Shown here piece after piece: positions 10,669 to 21,194 of a DNA stretch of 64,000 nt. The stretch covers positions 2,368,001 through 2,432,000 of the forward strand of contig CAVUAK010000001.1 of NCBI GenBank assembly GCA_963739455.1, given 5' to 3'. The notes under the pieces were generated by a model that searched no databases, was not told the origin of the DNA, and worked only from the letters and a program-made list of their open reading frames with translations. This DNA comes from an uncultured Gemmatimonadales bacterium. GTDB taxonomy: Bacteria > Gemmatimonadota > Gemmatimonadetes > Gemmatimonadales > GWC2-71-9. Made by a program: the position numbers and the translations under genes. Every line of letters starts with the position of its first letter. Positions within the stretch are counted from its first letter, which is position 1.

Positions 10669-11691
10669 ATGACTGCACCGCAGCCGCAGCGTCTTCCTGC
10701 CGAGCCTGCCCGCCCTGCCGCGGCGCGGGCGGATCTTGCCGCCGAGAGCGCGAGACTGCGCCTGGCGCTGGAAGAGGTATCGAAGCGCATCGTCGGGCAG
10801 GACATGATGGTGGAGCGGCTGCTGATCGGCATGCTGACGGGCGGGCACATCCTGCTCGAGGGCGTTCCGGGTCTGGCCAAGACGCTGGCGGTGCGGACAC
10901 TGGCGGAGATCATCCACGCGAGCTTCTCGCGGATCCAGTTCACGCCCGACCTGCTGCCGGCCGACGTGATCGGCACGATGATCTACGACCAGAAGAACCA
11001 GGACTTCTACGTGAAGAAGGGTCCGCTCTTCGCGCAGATCGTGCTGGCCGATGAAATCAACCGCGCGCCGGCCAAGGTACAGGCGGCGCTGCTGGAAGCG
11101 ATGCAGGAGCGCCAGGTGACGATCGGCGGCACCTCGTTCAAGCTGGAGGAGCCGTTCCTGGTGCTGGCGACGCAGAACCCGATCGAGAACGAGGGCACGT
11201 ATCCGCTGCCCGAGGCGCAGCTCGACCGGTTCATGCTCAAGGTGCACGTCGGCTACCCGAGCCGCGACGAAGAGCGCGAGGTGCTGACGCGCATGGGGAC
11301 GGGGCACGACATCCCTGTCGCCCGGATCCTGGAGCCGGCCGAGATCCTCAAGTTCCGCTCGCAGATTTCCGACGTGTACATGGACCAGAAGCTGGTGGAC
11401 TACATCGTCGACCTGGTGCGCGCGACGCGGGAGCCCGGGTCGGTGGGACTGCAGGACCTGAAGCCGCTGGTCGCGTTCGGTGCGTCCCCCCGCGCCACGC
11501 TGTCACTGGCCTCCGCCGCGCGGGCGCACGCATTCCTGCGGGGCCGGGCGTACGTCATTCCCGAGGATGTGCGCGCGCTTGCGCCGGACGTGCTGCGGCA
11601 CCGGGTGGTGCTGACGTTCGAGGCGGAGGCGGAGGACACGACGAGTGATGACGTGATACAGCGAGTGTTGGGCGCGGTGAGAGCGCCTTAA
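10669..11691 (+). CDS. moxR: MoxR-family AAA+ ATPase
   Basis: LEGVPGLAKT, RIQFTPDLLPAD, LADEINRAP, ATQNPIE, LDRF, GASPRA. Confidence 0.95.
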   Translation: MTAPQPQRLPAEPARPAAARADLAAESARLRLALEEVSKRIVGQDMMVERLLIGMLTGGHILLEGVPGLAKTLAVRTLAEIIHASFSRIQFTPDLLPADVIGTMIYDQKNQDFYVKKGPLFAQIVLADEINRAPAKVQAALLEAMQERQVTIGGTSFKLEEPFLVLATQNPIENEGTYPLPEAQLDRFMLKVHVGYPSRDEEREVLTRMGTGHDIPVARILEPAEILKFRSQISDVYMDQKLVDYIVDLVRATREPGSVGLQDLKPLVAFGASPRATLSLASAARAHAFLRGRAYVIPEDVRALAPDVLRHRVVLTFEAEAEDTTSDDVIQRVLGAVRAP

Positions 11692-11795
11692 CCGCGTGAG
11701 GGGTGAGGGGTGAGGGGGGCGCTCCGACCAGCTTCGCCCCCGCTCAAGTTGCGCGACCTCTCTCACCCCTCTCCCCTTACCCTCACCATCAATCC

Positions 11796-12683
11796 ATGAC
11801 CGCCGTCTCCCCAGAAATCCTCAAGCAGGTCAAGGGCATCGAGCTCCGCACGCGCGGGCTGGTGTCGGCCCTGTTCGCGGGCGAGTACCGCTCGGTGTTC
11901 CGGGGCCAGGGGATGGAGTTCGCCGAGGTGCGGGCGTACGAGCCGGGGGATGATTTCCGGAGCATCGACTGGAACGTCTCGGCGCGGCTCGCGAGCCCGT
12001 TCGTCAAGACGTACACCGAGGAGCGCGAGCTCACGCTGATGCTGGTGGTGGACCAGTCCGGATCCACGCGGGTAGGCGACCCGATCAGCAAGGTGGGTCT
12101 CGAGGTGGAAGTGGCGGCGGTGCTGGCGCTCGCCGCCGCATACCAGAACGACCGCGTGGGCGCGCTGCTCTTTGCGGAAGAGGTCGAGCATGTCGTTCCG
12201 CCCCGGAAGGGACGCCGGCACGCGCTGCGCTGCATCCGCGACCTGATCGCCTTTTCGCCCGCCTCGAAGAAGACCAACCTCGGCGCCAGCCTGACGTACA
12301 CCGGACGACTGCTGCGGCATCGCAGCATCGTGGTGGTGCTCTCCGACTTCCTCGCCAATGACTGGGAACGGCCGCTGCGCCGCCTCGCGGCGCGGCACGA
12401 GGTCGTGGCAGTGACGGTGGACGATCCGCGGGAGCGCACGCTGCCGGATGCGGGCGTACTGTGGCTGGAGGATGCCGAGAGCGGGCAGCTGGTGCAGGTG
12501 GACACGACGGCGGGGCGCACGCGTGATGCACTGGCGCGCCACACGGAGCGCCGGCGACTGGAGCGGGCGCGGATGATCACGTCGGCGGGGGTGGACCAGG
12601 TGGCGCTGGTGGCCGGCCAGGACTACGCGCCGATCCTGCGGCGAGCATTCGCGGCGCGGGCGCGCCGGCTGCACCGCGGATAA
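11796..12683 (+). CDS. DUF58 domain protein
   Basis: G.GMEFAEVRAYEPGDD.RSIDWNVSAR, EERE, VVLSDF; follows moxR. Confidence 0.93.
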   Translation: MTAVSPEILKQVKGIELRTRGLVSALFAGEYRSVFRGQGMEFAEVRAYEPGDDFRSIDWNVSARLASPFVKTYTEERELTLMLVVDQSGSTRVGDPISKVGLEVEVAAVLALAAAYQNDRVGALLFAEEVEHVVPPRKGRRHALRCIRDLIAFSPASKKTNLGASLTYTGRLLRHRSIVVVLSDFLANDWERPLRRLAARHEVVAVTVDDPRERTLPDAGVLWLEDAESGQLVQVDTTAGRTRDALARHTERRRLERARMITSAGVDQVALVAGQDYAPILRRAFAARARRLHRG

Positions 12684-13484
12684 TGCTGCTGCTCCTGGCC
12701 CTGCTGCAGCAGGGCGCGCCGACGGTGGGTGACACGATCTGGCTCGTGCGCACCGTCGCCGTACCGAGAGGAGGCGTCGCGCGCCCGGCGCCGTGGAACC
12801 CGACTGGTGCACTGGAGACGCTGGGTCCCCCGCGGGTCACGGTGCGAGGTGACTCGGTGGAGATCGCCTACCCGGTGGTGGGATGGCTTGCCGGATCGCA
12901 TTCGGTCGAGGTTCCGGGCCCGCTCCTGCTCCTTGCCGGCGGCGGGGTGGACTCGATTCCTGCCGAAAAGGTGTCGGTGACCGTCGCCAGTGTCCTCCCG
13001 GCCGGCGTCCCTGATTCCCTCCTGCAGATCCAGCCTGCGGCACAGGCGGTCGTGCGCGGTGAGCGGACGATCCGTTCACTGCTCGCCCTGCTGTTGCTCG
13101 CGGGACTGATACTCCTCCCGGTTCACCTGCTGTGGCGACGGCGTGGCAAGGCGCTGCCGCGCGCACCGGCACGCCCGGTGCCGGCGCTTGCCGCTGGAGC
13201 GCTGGGCCGATGCCGGTGAGGTGCGGGTCGTGCTTGCCGCGGCGACGGCGGCGTTGCGCGACGCGATTGCCCGCTCGGTGCCGGAGGCGACGCCGGCGGT
13301 AGACGTGCCCCAGGTGCTCGAGGCGGTGCGGGTCGCGCGCCCCGACTGGCCGCACGCGGAGATTGCCGACGTGCTCGGTGCGCTGGAGGAGGCGCGCTTC
13401 ACACCGGAAGCATTTCCCGATGCCGCCGGGCTGGCGACCTGGGCCCAGAACCTCGCGGGCCAGCTCACCAAGGCGGCGGCGTGA
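12683..13484 (+). CDS. Bat-operon membrane protein (indel ~13190)
   Basis: Signal peptide and one TM segment; overlaps both neighbours; continues in ORF 13143..13484. Confidence 0.65.
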
Positions 13485-14452
13485 GCTTCGCGCGTCCATT
13501 CCTGCTCCTTCTGCTGCTGCTGCTGCCGCTCTGGTGGTGGCAGCGCCGCAAGCGTCGCGTGACCGTCCCCTTCAGCGACGTGGGGATGGTCGCGGCCGAC
13601 GCGCGCCCGCCGTGGTGGACGCGCCTGCCACCGGTGCTGCGGTCGATTGCGCTGACTGCGTGGATCCTGGCGGCGGCGGGTCCGCAGGTGGGCGGGAGCA
13701 CGGTGGAAGAGAAGCGCGAGGGAATCGCGATCGCGATTGCGATCGACATCTCGAGCAGCATGCTCGCGGAAGACTTCGCGCCGTCGAACCGGATGGAAGT
13801 GGCGAAGCAGCAGGCGATCGAGTTCGTCCAGGGCCGGAAGGCGGACCGGATCGGCCTGGTGGCATTCGCGGGTGAGGCGCTGACTCAGGTACCCGTCACC
13901 CTCGACTATGCCGTGGTGGTGCAGGCGATCGAGGGACTCCGCATCGGGAGCCTGGAGGACGGCACGGCAATCGGCAGCGGGCTCGCCACGGCGGTGAACC
14001 GGCTGCGACGCGCGCCGGGCAAGTCGAAGGTGGTGCTGCTGCTGACCGACGGTGAGAACAACCGGGGACGGATCGACCCGCGCACGGCGGCGGCGACGGC
14101 GCAGGCGTACGGCATCAAGGTGTACACGATCGGTGTGGGTACCGATGGTGAGGCGCGCATCCCGACGGGGCGCGGTATCGGCGGGCTTCGCTATGAAGTG
14201 CTGCAGGTCAACATCGACGAGGACCTGCTGCGAGAGATCGCGAGCAAGACCGGTGGCAAGTACTTCCGGGCGCGTGACAGCGAGGCGTTGAGCCGGATCT
14301 TCCACCAGATCGATGCGCTGGAGAAGACCCCGGTGACGGTGACACGCTACGCCCGGTACGATGAAGTGATCCAGCCGTTCGTGATCGCAGGGCTCCTGGC
14401 CTTGCTGCTGGAGCTGGCGCTGTCGGCCACCGTCGCAGTGCGGGTGCCATGA
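13481..14452 (+). CDS. batA: BatA-like VWA protein
   Basis: N-terminal F..P.LL segment, MIDAS DISSS, DRIGLVAFAG, GTAIG, LTDGENN. Confidence 0.88.
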   Translation: MSFARPFLLLLLLLLPLWWWQRRKRRVTVPFSDVGMVAADARPPWWTRLPPVLRSIALTAWILAAAGPQVGGSTVEEKREGIAIAIAIDISSSMLAEDFAPSNRMEVAKQQAIEFVQGRKADRIGLVAFAGEALTQVPVTLDYAVVVQAIEGLRIGSLEDGTAIGSGLATAVNRLRRAPGKSKVVLLLTDGENNRGRIDPRTAAATAQAYGIKVYTIGVGTDGEARIPTGRGIGGLRYEVLQVNIDEDLLREIASKTGGKYFRARDSEALSRIFHQIDALEKTPVTVTRYARYDEVIQPFVIAGLLALLLELALSATVAVRVP

Positions 14453-16062
14453 CCTTCGAGACCCCACTCCTGCTCGCTGCGGCACCGATCCTGGGCGGAT
14501 TGCTCCTCGCCGGGGCGTGGCTGGCGCGCCGGCGCCGGTTGCGCGCGGCCACCGCGTGGTCAGGCGCGCTCGGGGCGATCGCGAAGAAGCGGGCGCGCTG
14601 GACACCGGCAATCCTGGCGGTGGGTGGCGCGCTGGCGGCGGTGACCTTTGCGGGTCCGCGAGGGGGCCCCCGGAGTGTCGTGTCGGAGAGCAGGGCACTC
14701 GACCTGGTGATCGCGGTGGATGTGAGCCGCTCGATGCTGGCGGAGGATGTGTCGCCGAGCCGGTTGCAGCGATCGGTGCGCGAAGCCCGTCGCCTGGTGG
14801 AGGACCTGCCGGGCGACCGCCTGGGCCTGATCGCTTTCGCGGGGAAGAGCTACATCCTGTCGCCGCTCACGGTTGATGGTGGCGCGGTCGAGATGTACCT
14901 CGATGCACTCGACCCGGATATCGCCTCGGAGGGAGGAACGAACCTTTCGGCGGTGCTGCGCCAGGGGGCGGAGCTGCTCACCGCGACGCGGGACGGGGCG
15001 GACCGGGTGCTGGTGGTGTTCACCGATGGCGAGGCGCACGACTCGCTGGATGACGCGCTGGCCGCGGCGCGCGCGCTGGCGAAGCAGGGTATCACGCTGA
15101 TCCTCGTGGCCGAGGGCGGCACCGAACCGGTACGGATCCCGATCCGTGACCCGAACGGGGCGCTGCTGGAATACAAGCTGGACGAGAATGGGGAAGTGGT
15201 CCGCACGAGACGCAGTGACGAGAACCTCCGCGCCATTGCGGAAGCGGCGAAGGGATCGGTGGTGGCGTCGGAGCTGCCGGACCAGGCGGGGGCGACGCGC
15301 GAACTGGTGGCGACTTTGCGGCGCAGCGCGTCGCGCGAGAGTCGCACCGCCGACCTCGAACCACTCGCATGGATCCCGATGCTGATTGCAGTAGTGCTGC
15401 TGCTCATCGATACGTGGCGCCAGCGGGCGGGGGCGCTGGTGGGCCTGTTGCTGATGCTCTCGGCGCGCGAAGCCTCGGCGCAGCGCCCGTCACCCGGCGA
15501 GCGCAAGCTCGCCTCGGGGGAGCACTCCGCGGCTGCGTCGGCGTTCCTGAAGGAAGCCGGCCGAGCGGCAAGTGACACGGCGCTGTACGACGCCGGCACG
15601 GCGGCGCTGGCGGCGGGTGACATCGAGGCGGCGATGTCGGCGCTGTCGCTCGCGTCCAAGTCGGTCGATCCGGGACTCAGGTATCGCGCCCTCTACAACC
15701 TTGGCGTGGTGAACCTGATGACGGCGCGCGCGGACACGGCCAAGCGCGAGGCGATGACGCAGGAGGCGATCGACCACCTGCGCGAGGCACTGCTGCTGGC
15801 GCCCAGCTCGCCGCGGGCCAAGTGGAACCTCGAGCTGGCGGAGAGCATGCGTCCCCCGCCGACGGGTGGTGGTGGCGGTGGCCAGAGCGGCGGGCCAAGC
15901 AAGCCGCAGCCGCAGCAGGCGGCACCGACGCCGTCGAGCGGCGGGCTCAATAAGAGCCAGGCGGAGCAGATCCTGAGCTCGATGGAACGAGAAGAGCTGG
16001 GCACGCAGGAAGCGAGGCAGCGGAAGCTCCGCGCCTCCCCGCCTCCGGGGAAGGACTGGTAG
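14449..16062 (+). CDS. BatB-like VWA fused to a TPR (BatC-like) region
   Basis: DVSRS MIDAS, FTDGE, then YNLG/WNLELA TPR motifs and a Q/E-rich tail ending KDW. Confidence 0.82.
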   Translation: MTFETPLLLAAAPILGGLLLAGAWLARRRRLRAATAWSGALGAIAKKRARWTPAILAVGGALAAVTFAGPRGGPRSVVSESRALDLVIAVDVSRSMLAEDVSPSRLQRSVREARRLVEDLPGDRLGLIAFAGKSYILSPLTVDGGAVEMYLDALDPDIASEGGTNLSAVLRQGAELLTATRDGADRVLVVFTDGEAHDSLDDALAAARALAKQGITLILVAEGGTEPVRIPIRDPNGALLEYKLDENGEVVRTRRSDENLRAIAEAAKGSVVASELPDQAGATRELVATLRRSASRESRTADLEPLAWIPMLIAVVLLLIDTWRQRAGALVGLLLMLSAREASAQRPSPGERKLASGEHSAAASAFLKEAGRAASDTALYDAGTAALAAGDIEAAMSALSLASKSVDPGLRYRALYNLGVVNLMTARADTAKREAMTQEAIDHLREALLLAPSSPRAKWNLELAESMRPPPTGGGGGGQSGGPSKPQPQQAAPTPSSGGLNKSQAEQILSSMEREELGTQEARQRKLRASPPPGKDW

Positions 16063-18371
16063 TGCTGGCGCTGCTGCTGCTCCTGCAACAGGGGCCGGGC
16101 CTCACGCTCACGGCCACGGTAGATCGTCCGCGCCTGAACGTGGGTGAGGAAGTGGTCCTCACCATCGTGGCGGGTGGCCGCACGGCGGACGCGGTGCAGT
16201 GGGACCTGCCGGCGTTCAGCGGATTCGCGCTGATGTCGCGGAGCGAGGCGAGTGAAGTGACGCTCGGCGTGGAGCGCGCGCGTATCAGCACGCTGGAATT
16301 GCGGCTTCGCGCGGTGCGAGCGGGGAGCTACGCGTTCGGGCCGATCAGGGCGCAGCAGGGGACAATCCAGGCGAGCATCGACGGCCCGGATGTGGAGGTG
16401 ACGGAGAACGCCGCAGCCGGCATGGTGGCGCTCAATCCCCGGGTGCGAGACCTCGTGGCGCGCGCGCCACCGCCCAAGGCAGGCTCCGGTGCCAGCGTGC
16501 AGGTGGTACTGTCGCGCGATACGGTCATGGTGGGCGAGCAGGTGGACGTGCTCACGGCGGCATGGTTCTCCCGCGAGCTGCGCGGGCGGCTCAGGCGCCA
16601 GCCGCGCTTCGAGCCACCGGTGCTCACGGGGGTGTGGGCGTTTCCCCAGACGGCACTGCCGGGCATCGCCGCGAGCAAGCGAGTCGCCGACCGCTGGTAC
16701 GACCTCTTCGTGCTGCACCAGGTGGTGTTCCCGCTCGCGCCGGGCGAGGTGACGATCCCGCCGGTGACGCTGACGTACGAAGTGCCGGTCGCGATGCAGT
16801 TCTTCAGCCAGGATGAGCGCTACACGGTGTCGAGCCCGCTGCGCACGCTGACGGTGCTGCCGCTCCCGACCGCGGGGCAGCCGCCGGGATTCGCCGGCGC
16901 CACCGGGGTCAACCTCAAGCTCGAGCGATCGATCACGCCGACCGCGGCGCGCGCGAACGAAGCGGTGAACGTGGAGATCGCCGTGCGGGGCGAGGGGAAC
17001 GTCGCGCTGTGGCCGTCACCGGACATCACGTGGCCGGCGGGAACCAGGGCGTACGCGGAAGGCAGCAGCGAGGAGATGGAGCCGGTTGCGGGCCGCCTCG
17101 CGGGCGTGAAGCGATTCAAGTTCGTGGTGGTGCCGACGCAGGCCGGCGTGCTGTCGGTACCGGCGGTGAGCTACCCGTACTACGACTTCGGCCGGCGAGG
17201 CTACGTGGTGCCGACGCTGCCCGCGCTTGGGGTGGCCGTTGCGCCAGGGAATGAGGCGGCGGCCGCGCGCTCGATGCCGCCGCCATTGCTCGAGCGGCGC
17301 GGCGCGCCGCCCGCCGACCAGGTCAGCGAGGCGATGACGGAGTGGGGCTGGGCAGCGGTATTCCTGCTTCCACCGCTCGCCGTGCTGGGAATGTCATTGC
17401 GCCGACGGCGCCGGCCCAAGCCGGTGCCGACGCGCCGCAAGTCGGACGACCCGTCGCTTGCGCTCGACCGGGCGCTGATGCAGCTGCTGCCGAAGGAGGA
17501 TATCGCCACGCCGGAGCGGCTGGTGCCGGCGCTGCGCGCGGCAGGGTTCGATGCAGCAACGGCACAGGCAATCGCATCGGTGCGGGATGCAGTGCAGGGG
17601 CATCGCTACGGACCACCGGGCAGCGACATGGCGCCTGATTCGCAGGCGCTCGACCGGGCGCTGGCGTGGCTGCGCGACGCGATGGCGAGCCGTCCGGCCG
17701 GGGTCATCGCCATGCTGATGTTCTGCGTGGTGTCGCTGAGCCAGGCGCAGATGACGCCGGACAGCCTCTACGCGGCGGGTGCGCTGAGCCGGGCGGAGCA
17801 GGGCTTCCACGAAGAAATCGCGAAGTCGCCGCGCGACCCGGCGCTCTGGTACGGCCTGGGTGCAGCGCGCTACCGGCAGGGTGATGACGGTGGTGCTGCG
17901 GCGGCGTGGATCACGGCGCTCCGGCTGGCGCCGCGGGACGGCACGATCCGGCGCGCGCTGCTGCTGACACCGCCGCCGGACCAGGCGAGTGCGGCGAGAC
18001 GGAGCGTCCCGCCATTCACGGCGGCGGAACTACTGCTGGTGGCGGGGCTCTGCTGGCTGGCGGGATGGGCCCTTCTCCTCGCGTCGCAGCGGAAGGTGCG
18101 CCGCTTCGCACCGGTGCTGCTGGTGCTGGGCGTGGTGGTGGGGGCGAGCGCGGGTGCCACGTACTGGTGGGACCGTCGCCCGATTGCGCTCGCGGTGGAA
18201 GACACGCCGCTCCGTGCGTCGCCGCATGGTCGTGCCACCATGATCCGCATGCTGCCGTCAGGGTCGGCGGTCTTCGTCGAGCGGGAGCAGCCGGGCTGGG
18301 TGCTGGTGCAGGGTGCCGGCAAGGAGCTCGGCTGGCTGCCACGGAGCGCCATCGCCGCAGCGGGGGAGTAG
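16062..18371 (+). CDS. BatD-like protein fused to TPR+SH3 (BatE-like)
   Basis: LTATVDRPRLNVGE, PPGFAGATG, GEGN, TM segments, WYGLG TPR, terminal GWLP. Confidence 0.78.
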   Translation: MLALLLLLQQGPGLTLTATVDRPRLNVGEEVVLTIVAGGRTADAVQWDLPAFSGFALMSRSEASEVTLGVERARISTLELRLRAVRAGSYAFGPIRAQQGTIQASIDGPDVEVTENAAAGMVALNPRVRDLVARAPPPKAGSGASVQVVLSRDTVMVGEQVDVLTAAWFSRELRGRLRRQPRFEPPVLTGVWAFPQTALPGIAASKRVADRWYDLFVLHQVVFPLAPGEVTIPPVTLTYEVPVAMQFFSQDERYTVSSPLRTLTVLPLPTAGQPPGFAGATGVNLKLERSITPTAARANEAVNVEIAVRGEGNVALWPSPDITWPAGTRAYAEGSSEEMEPVAGRLAGVKRFKFVVVPTQAGVLSVPAVSYPYYDFGRRGYVVPTLPALGVAVAPGNEAAAARSMPPPLLERRGAPPADQVSEAMTEWGWAAVFLLPPLAVLGMSLRRRRRPKPVPTRRKSDDPSLALDRALMQLLPKEDIATPERLVPALRAAGFDAATAQAIASVRDAVQGHRYGPPGSDMAPDSQALDRALAWLRDAMASRPAGVIAMLMFCVVSLSQAQMTPDSLYAAGALSRAEQGFHEEIAKSPRDPALWYGLGAARYRQGDDGGAAAAWITALRLAPRDGTIRRALLLTPPPDQASAARRSVPPFTAAELLLVAGLCWLAGWALLLASQRKVRRFAPVLLVLGVVVGASAGATYWWDRRPIALAVEDTPLRASPHGRATMIRMLPSGSAVFVEREQPGWVLVQGAGKELGWLPRSAIAAAGE

Positions 18372-18380
18372 ATTCTGCGC

Positions 18381-20139
18381 GTGACCCTTCCCACGACAAC
18401 AACGCGCCGAATTGCCATCCTGCCCGATGCGGTCGCAGACCAGATCGCGGCGGGCGAGGTGGTGGAGCGCCCAGCATCGGTGGTGAAGGAGCTGGTGGAG
18501 AACAGCATCGATGCCGGCGCGCGGCACGTGCGGGTGGAGATCGAGACCGGCGGGAAGACGCTGGTGAAGGTGAGTGACGACGGCAGCGGCATGGGCCGCG
18601 ATGACGCGGTGCTGGCGCTCGACCGTCATGCCACGAGCAAGATCACGAGTGCGGCGGAACTGGTGGGAATCGCGACCTTCGGTTTTCGCGGTGAGGCACT
18701 CCCCGCCATTGCATCGGTGTCCCGATTCTCGCTCTCCACCGCGGACCAGGATGGCGCGGGCGTCGAGGTGACGGTCAATGGCGGGCGCATGGAGCGGGTG
18801 GACCCCATCGCACGCCAGCGCGGCACGACCATCTCGGTGCGCACCCTCTTCTTCAATACGCCGGCACGGCGGAAGTTCCTGCGCTCCACCTCGAGCGAGA
18901 CGCGGGCGTGTCACGAGGCGGTGCTCACGCTGGCGCTGGCGCACCCGGGAGTCGGCTTCGAGTTCCATGCGGACCAGGTGAACCGGTTCCACGCGCCGGC
19001 GGGGCAGTCGCTCGCCGAGCGGCTGCGGACGACGTGGGGTCGCGAGCTGTCGGAGACGCTGATCCCGGTGGAGTTCGCGGCGGGCGGGTTCCGGGTGCAT
19101 GGATTCGCGCAGCGTCCCGCTGATGCGCGACCCACGGGGCGGCGCACACAGCTGTTCGTGAATGGCCGGCCGTTCCGGGACAACTTCCTGGTGCGCGCGG
19201 CGGAGGCGGGATATCGCTCGGCGATTCACCCGGGCGACCGTCCGTCGCTGTACCTGGACGTTCAGGTGCAGCCGGGTGACGTGGACGTGAACGTGCACCC
19301 GGCGAAGCTGGAGGTGCGGTTCCGGGACCGGATCGGGATCGAGCGGGTGGTGGAGGATGGGGTGAGGCATGCGTTGGGGTCGCTTGTCCGCGGCGGCTGG
19401 AAGTGCTGGAGGAGTCGGCAGTCGGCAGTCCACAGTCGACAGGGAGTCGGCAGTCAGTCGGCCAATCGGGGCTGTGGCCAGCTGTCGACTCACGACTCAC
19501 TGCCGACTCACGACTGACGACTGACGACTCGATCCGCCGACTCGCCGGACTCCCGGCCTTCATTCGCGAACATCCCCGTCACCCAGATGTTCGACACCTA
19601 CCTCGTGTACGCATCAGACACCGGCATTGTCATCGTGGACCAGCACTCGGCGCATGAGCGGGTGCTGTACGAGGAAGTGCTGAAGCAGCTCGCCGGGGAC
19701 CGGGGGAGCGCACAGCACCTGCTGATCCCGGTGACGATCGAGCTGACCGATGAAGAGCTGGACGCGGTGGAGTCGTACCGCGACGTGCTGGACCAGATCG
19801 GCTTCGAGGCGGTGCCGTTCGGCGGGCGCACGGTGGCGCTCAATGCGGTGCCGAACCCGCACCCGAAGTTCGATGCGGCGCGCTGCTTCCGGGAAATGGT
19901 GGCCGACCTGGCGCGAGGGCGTTTCGGTGGGTGGCACAACCGGCTGGAACGGTTCGCGGCGACGTATGCGTGTCGCGCGGCAGTGATGGCAGGGGACAAG
20001 CTGAGCGAGCGGGAGATCCGGGAGCTGCTGCTGCGACTGTTCGCGACGACAGTTGCCGCCGCACGATGTGCATGGACGGTCGACGATCGTGCAGCTGCCG
20101 GTGGAGGAGCTCGAACGGCGGTTCGGGAGGAGGAACTGA
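18381..20139 (+). CDS. mutL: DNA mismatch repair protein MutL; in-frame TGA at 19515-19517 in the linker repeat, indel ~20052
   Basis: IAAGEVVERPASVVKELVENSIDAGA, GFRGEAL, DVNVHPAKLEVRF. C-terminal domain DQHSAHERVLYE, ACR, HGR. Confidence 0.93.
19412..19530. repeat. Inverted heptamer-repeat element inside mutL
   Basis: GAGTCGGCAGTCGGCAGTC...GGCC / loop / GGCC...GACTCACGACTGACGACTGACGACTC. Confidence 0.9.
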
Positions 20140-20173
20140 AACAGCGTGAGGAGGAACTGAAACAGCGTGAGGA
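20127..20173 (+). repeat. 21-bp tandem duplication spanning the mutL stop
   Basis: GAGGAGGAACTGAAACAGCGT x2 plus GAGGA. Confidence 0.9.
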
Positions 20174-20196
20174 ACCAACCGCGTGAGGGGTGAGGG

Positions 20197-21124
20197 GTGA
20201 GGAGTGAGGAGAACCGACTCACTCCGGTGATTGTGGGGCCCACTGCGGTGGGGAAAACGGCTGTTGCCGTCGCACTCGCATCGTTGCTGCCGGTCGAGGT
20301 CATCTCAGCCGACTCTCGGCAGGTGTACCGGAACCTCGACATCGGGACGGCGAAACCGACGAAGAAGGAACGCGCAGGGGTACCACACCATGGGCTGGAC
20401 CTGATCCTGCCCGGGCGAGCGGTACAGTGCGGGGCGGTTTGCGCGGGCGGCGGCGGACTGGATCGACGATGTGCGATCGCGGGGGAAGCTGCCGATCGTG
20501 GTGGGCGGCACGGGGCTCTATGTGCGGGCGCTCGCGGAGGGACTGTTCGAGCAGCCGGCGATGGATGTGGAGCGGCGGCGCGGGATCGAAGCGTGGGCGT
20601 CGGGGCTGGATCCGCTGGAGCTGGTGCGCTGGGCGGGGCGACTGGACGCCGGGTTTGCGGGCGGTGGCCGGCAGCGCGCGGTGCGGGCGATCGAGGTGGC
20701 GCTGCTGACGGGGCAGTCGCTCTCGACGTGGCAGCGCGAGGCGAAGAGTGCCGGGGCCATCGTGCCGTGGTACGTGCGACTGACGGTGCCGCGCGCGGTG
20801 CTGCACACGCGGATCAGGCACCGGGCGACGCAGATGATCCAGGCGGGTATGATCGAGGAAGTGGCGGCGGTGCTGGCGGACGGCGCCGTGGCGGGATCGC
20901 CGGGACTGGACGGGGTGGGACTTCGGGAAGCGGTGGCGTACCTGACGTGCGGCGGGGACCGGACGGCGGTGGCGGAGGCGATCACGATCAGCACGCGGCA
21001 GTATGCGAAGCGGCAGGAGACGTGGTTTCGGCATCAGCTGCCCGCCGAGGCGGTGACGATTGATGCGACGCGGCCGGCGGCGGTTGTCGCCGCGGAGATC
21101 AGGGAGCTTTGGGAAAAGCGTTAG
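20197..21124 (+). CDS. miaA: tRNA dimethylallyltransferase (indel ~20418)
   Basis: [45 protein letters not shown]; mutL-miaA synteny. Confidence 0.93.
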
Positions 21125-21194
21125 GTGGGGAACCGCGACTGACGTGAGGAGGAACGGCAACAGTGGTAACAGGGAACAGGGAACAGGAGTTCGG

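Noticed and set aside
20127..20173. 21-bp direct repeat as a target-site duplication or CRISPR remnant
   Set aside because: The copies are directly adjacent with nothing between them; a simple tandem duplication.
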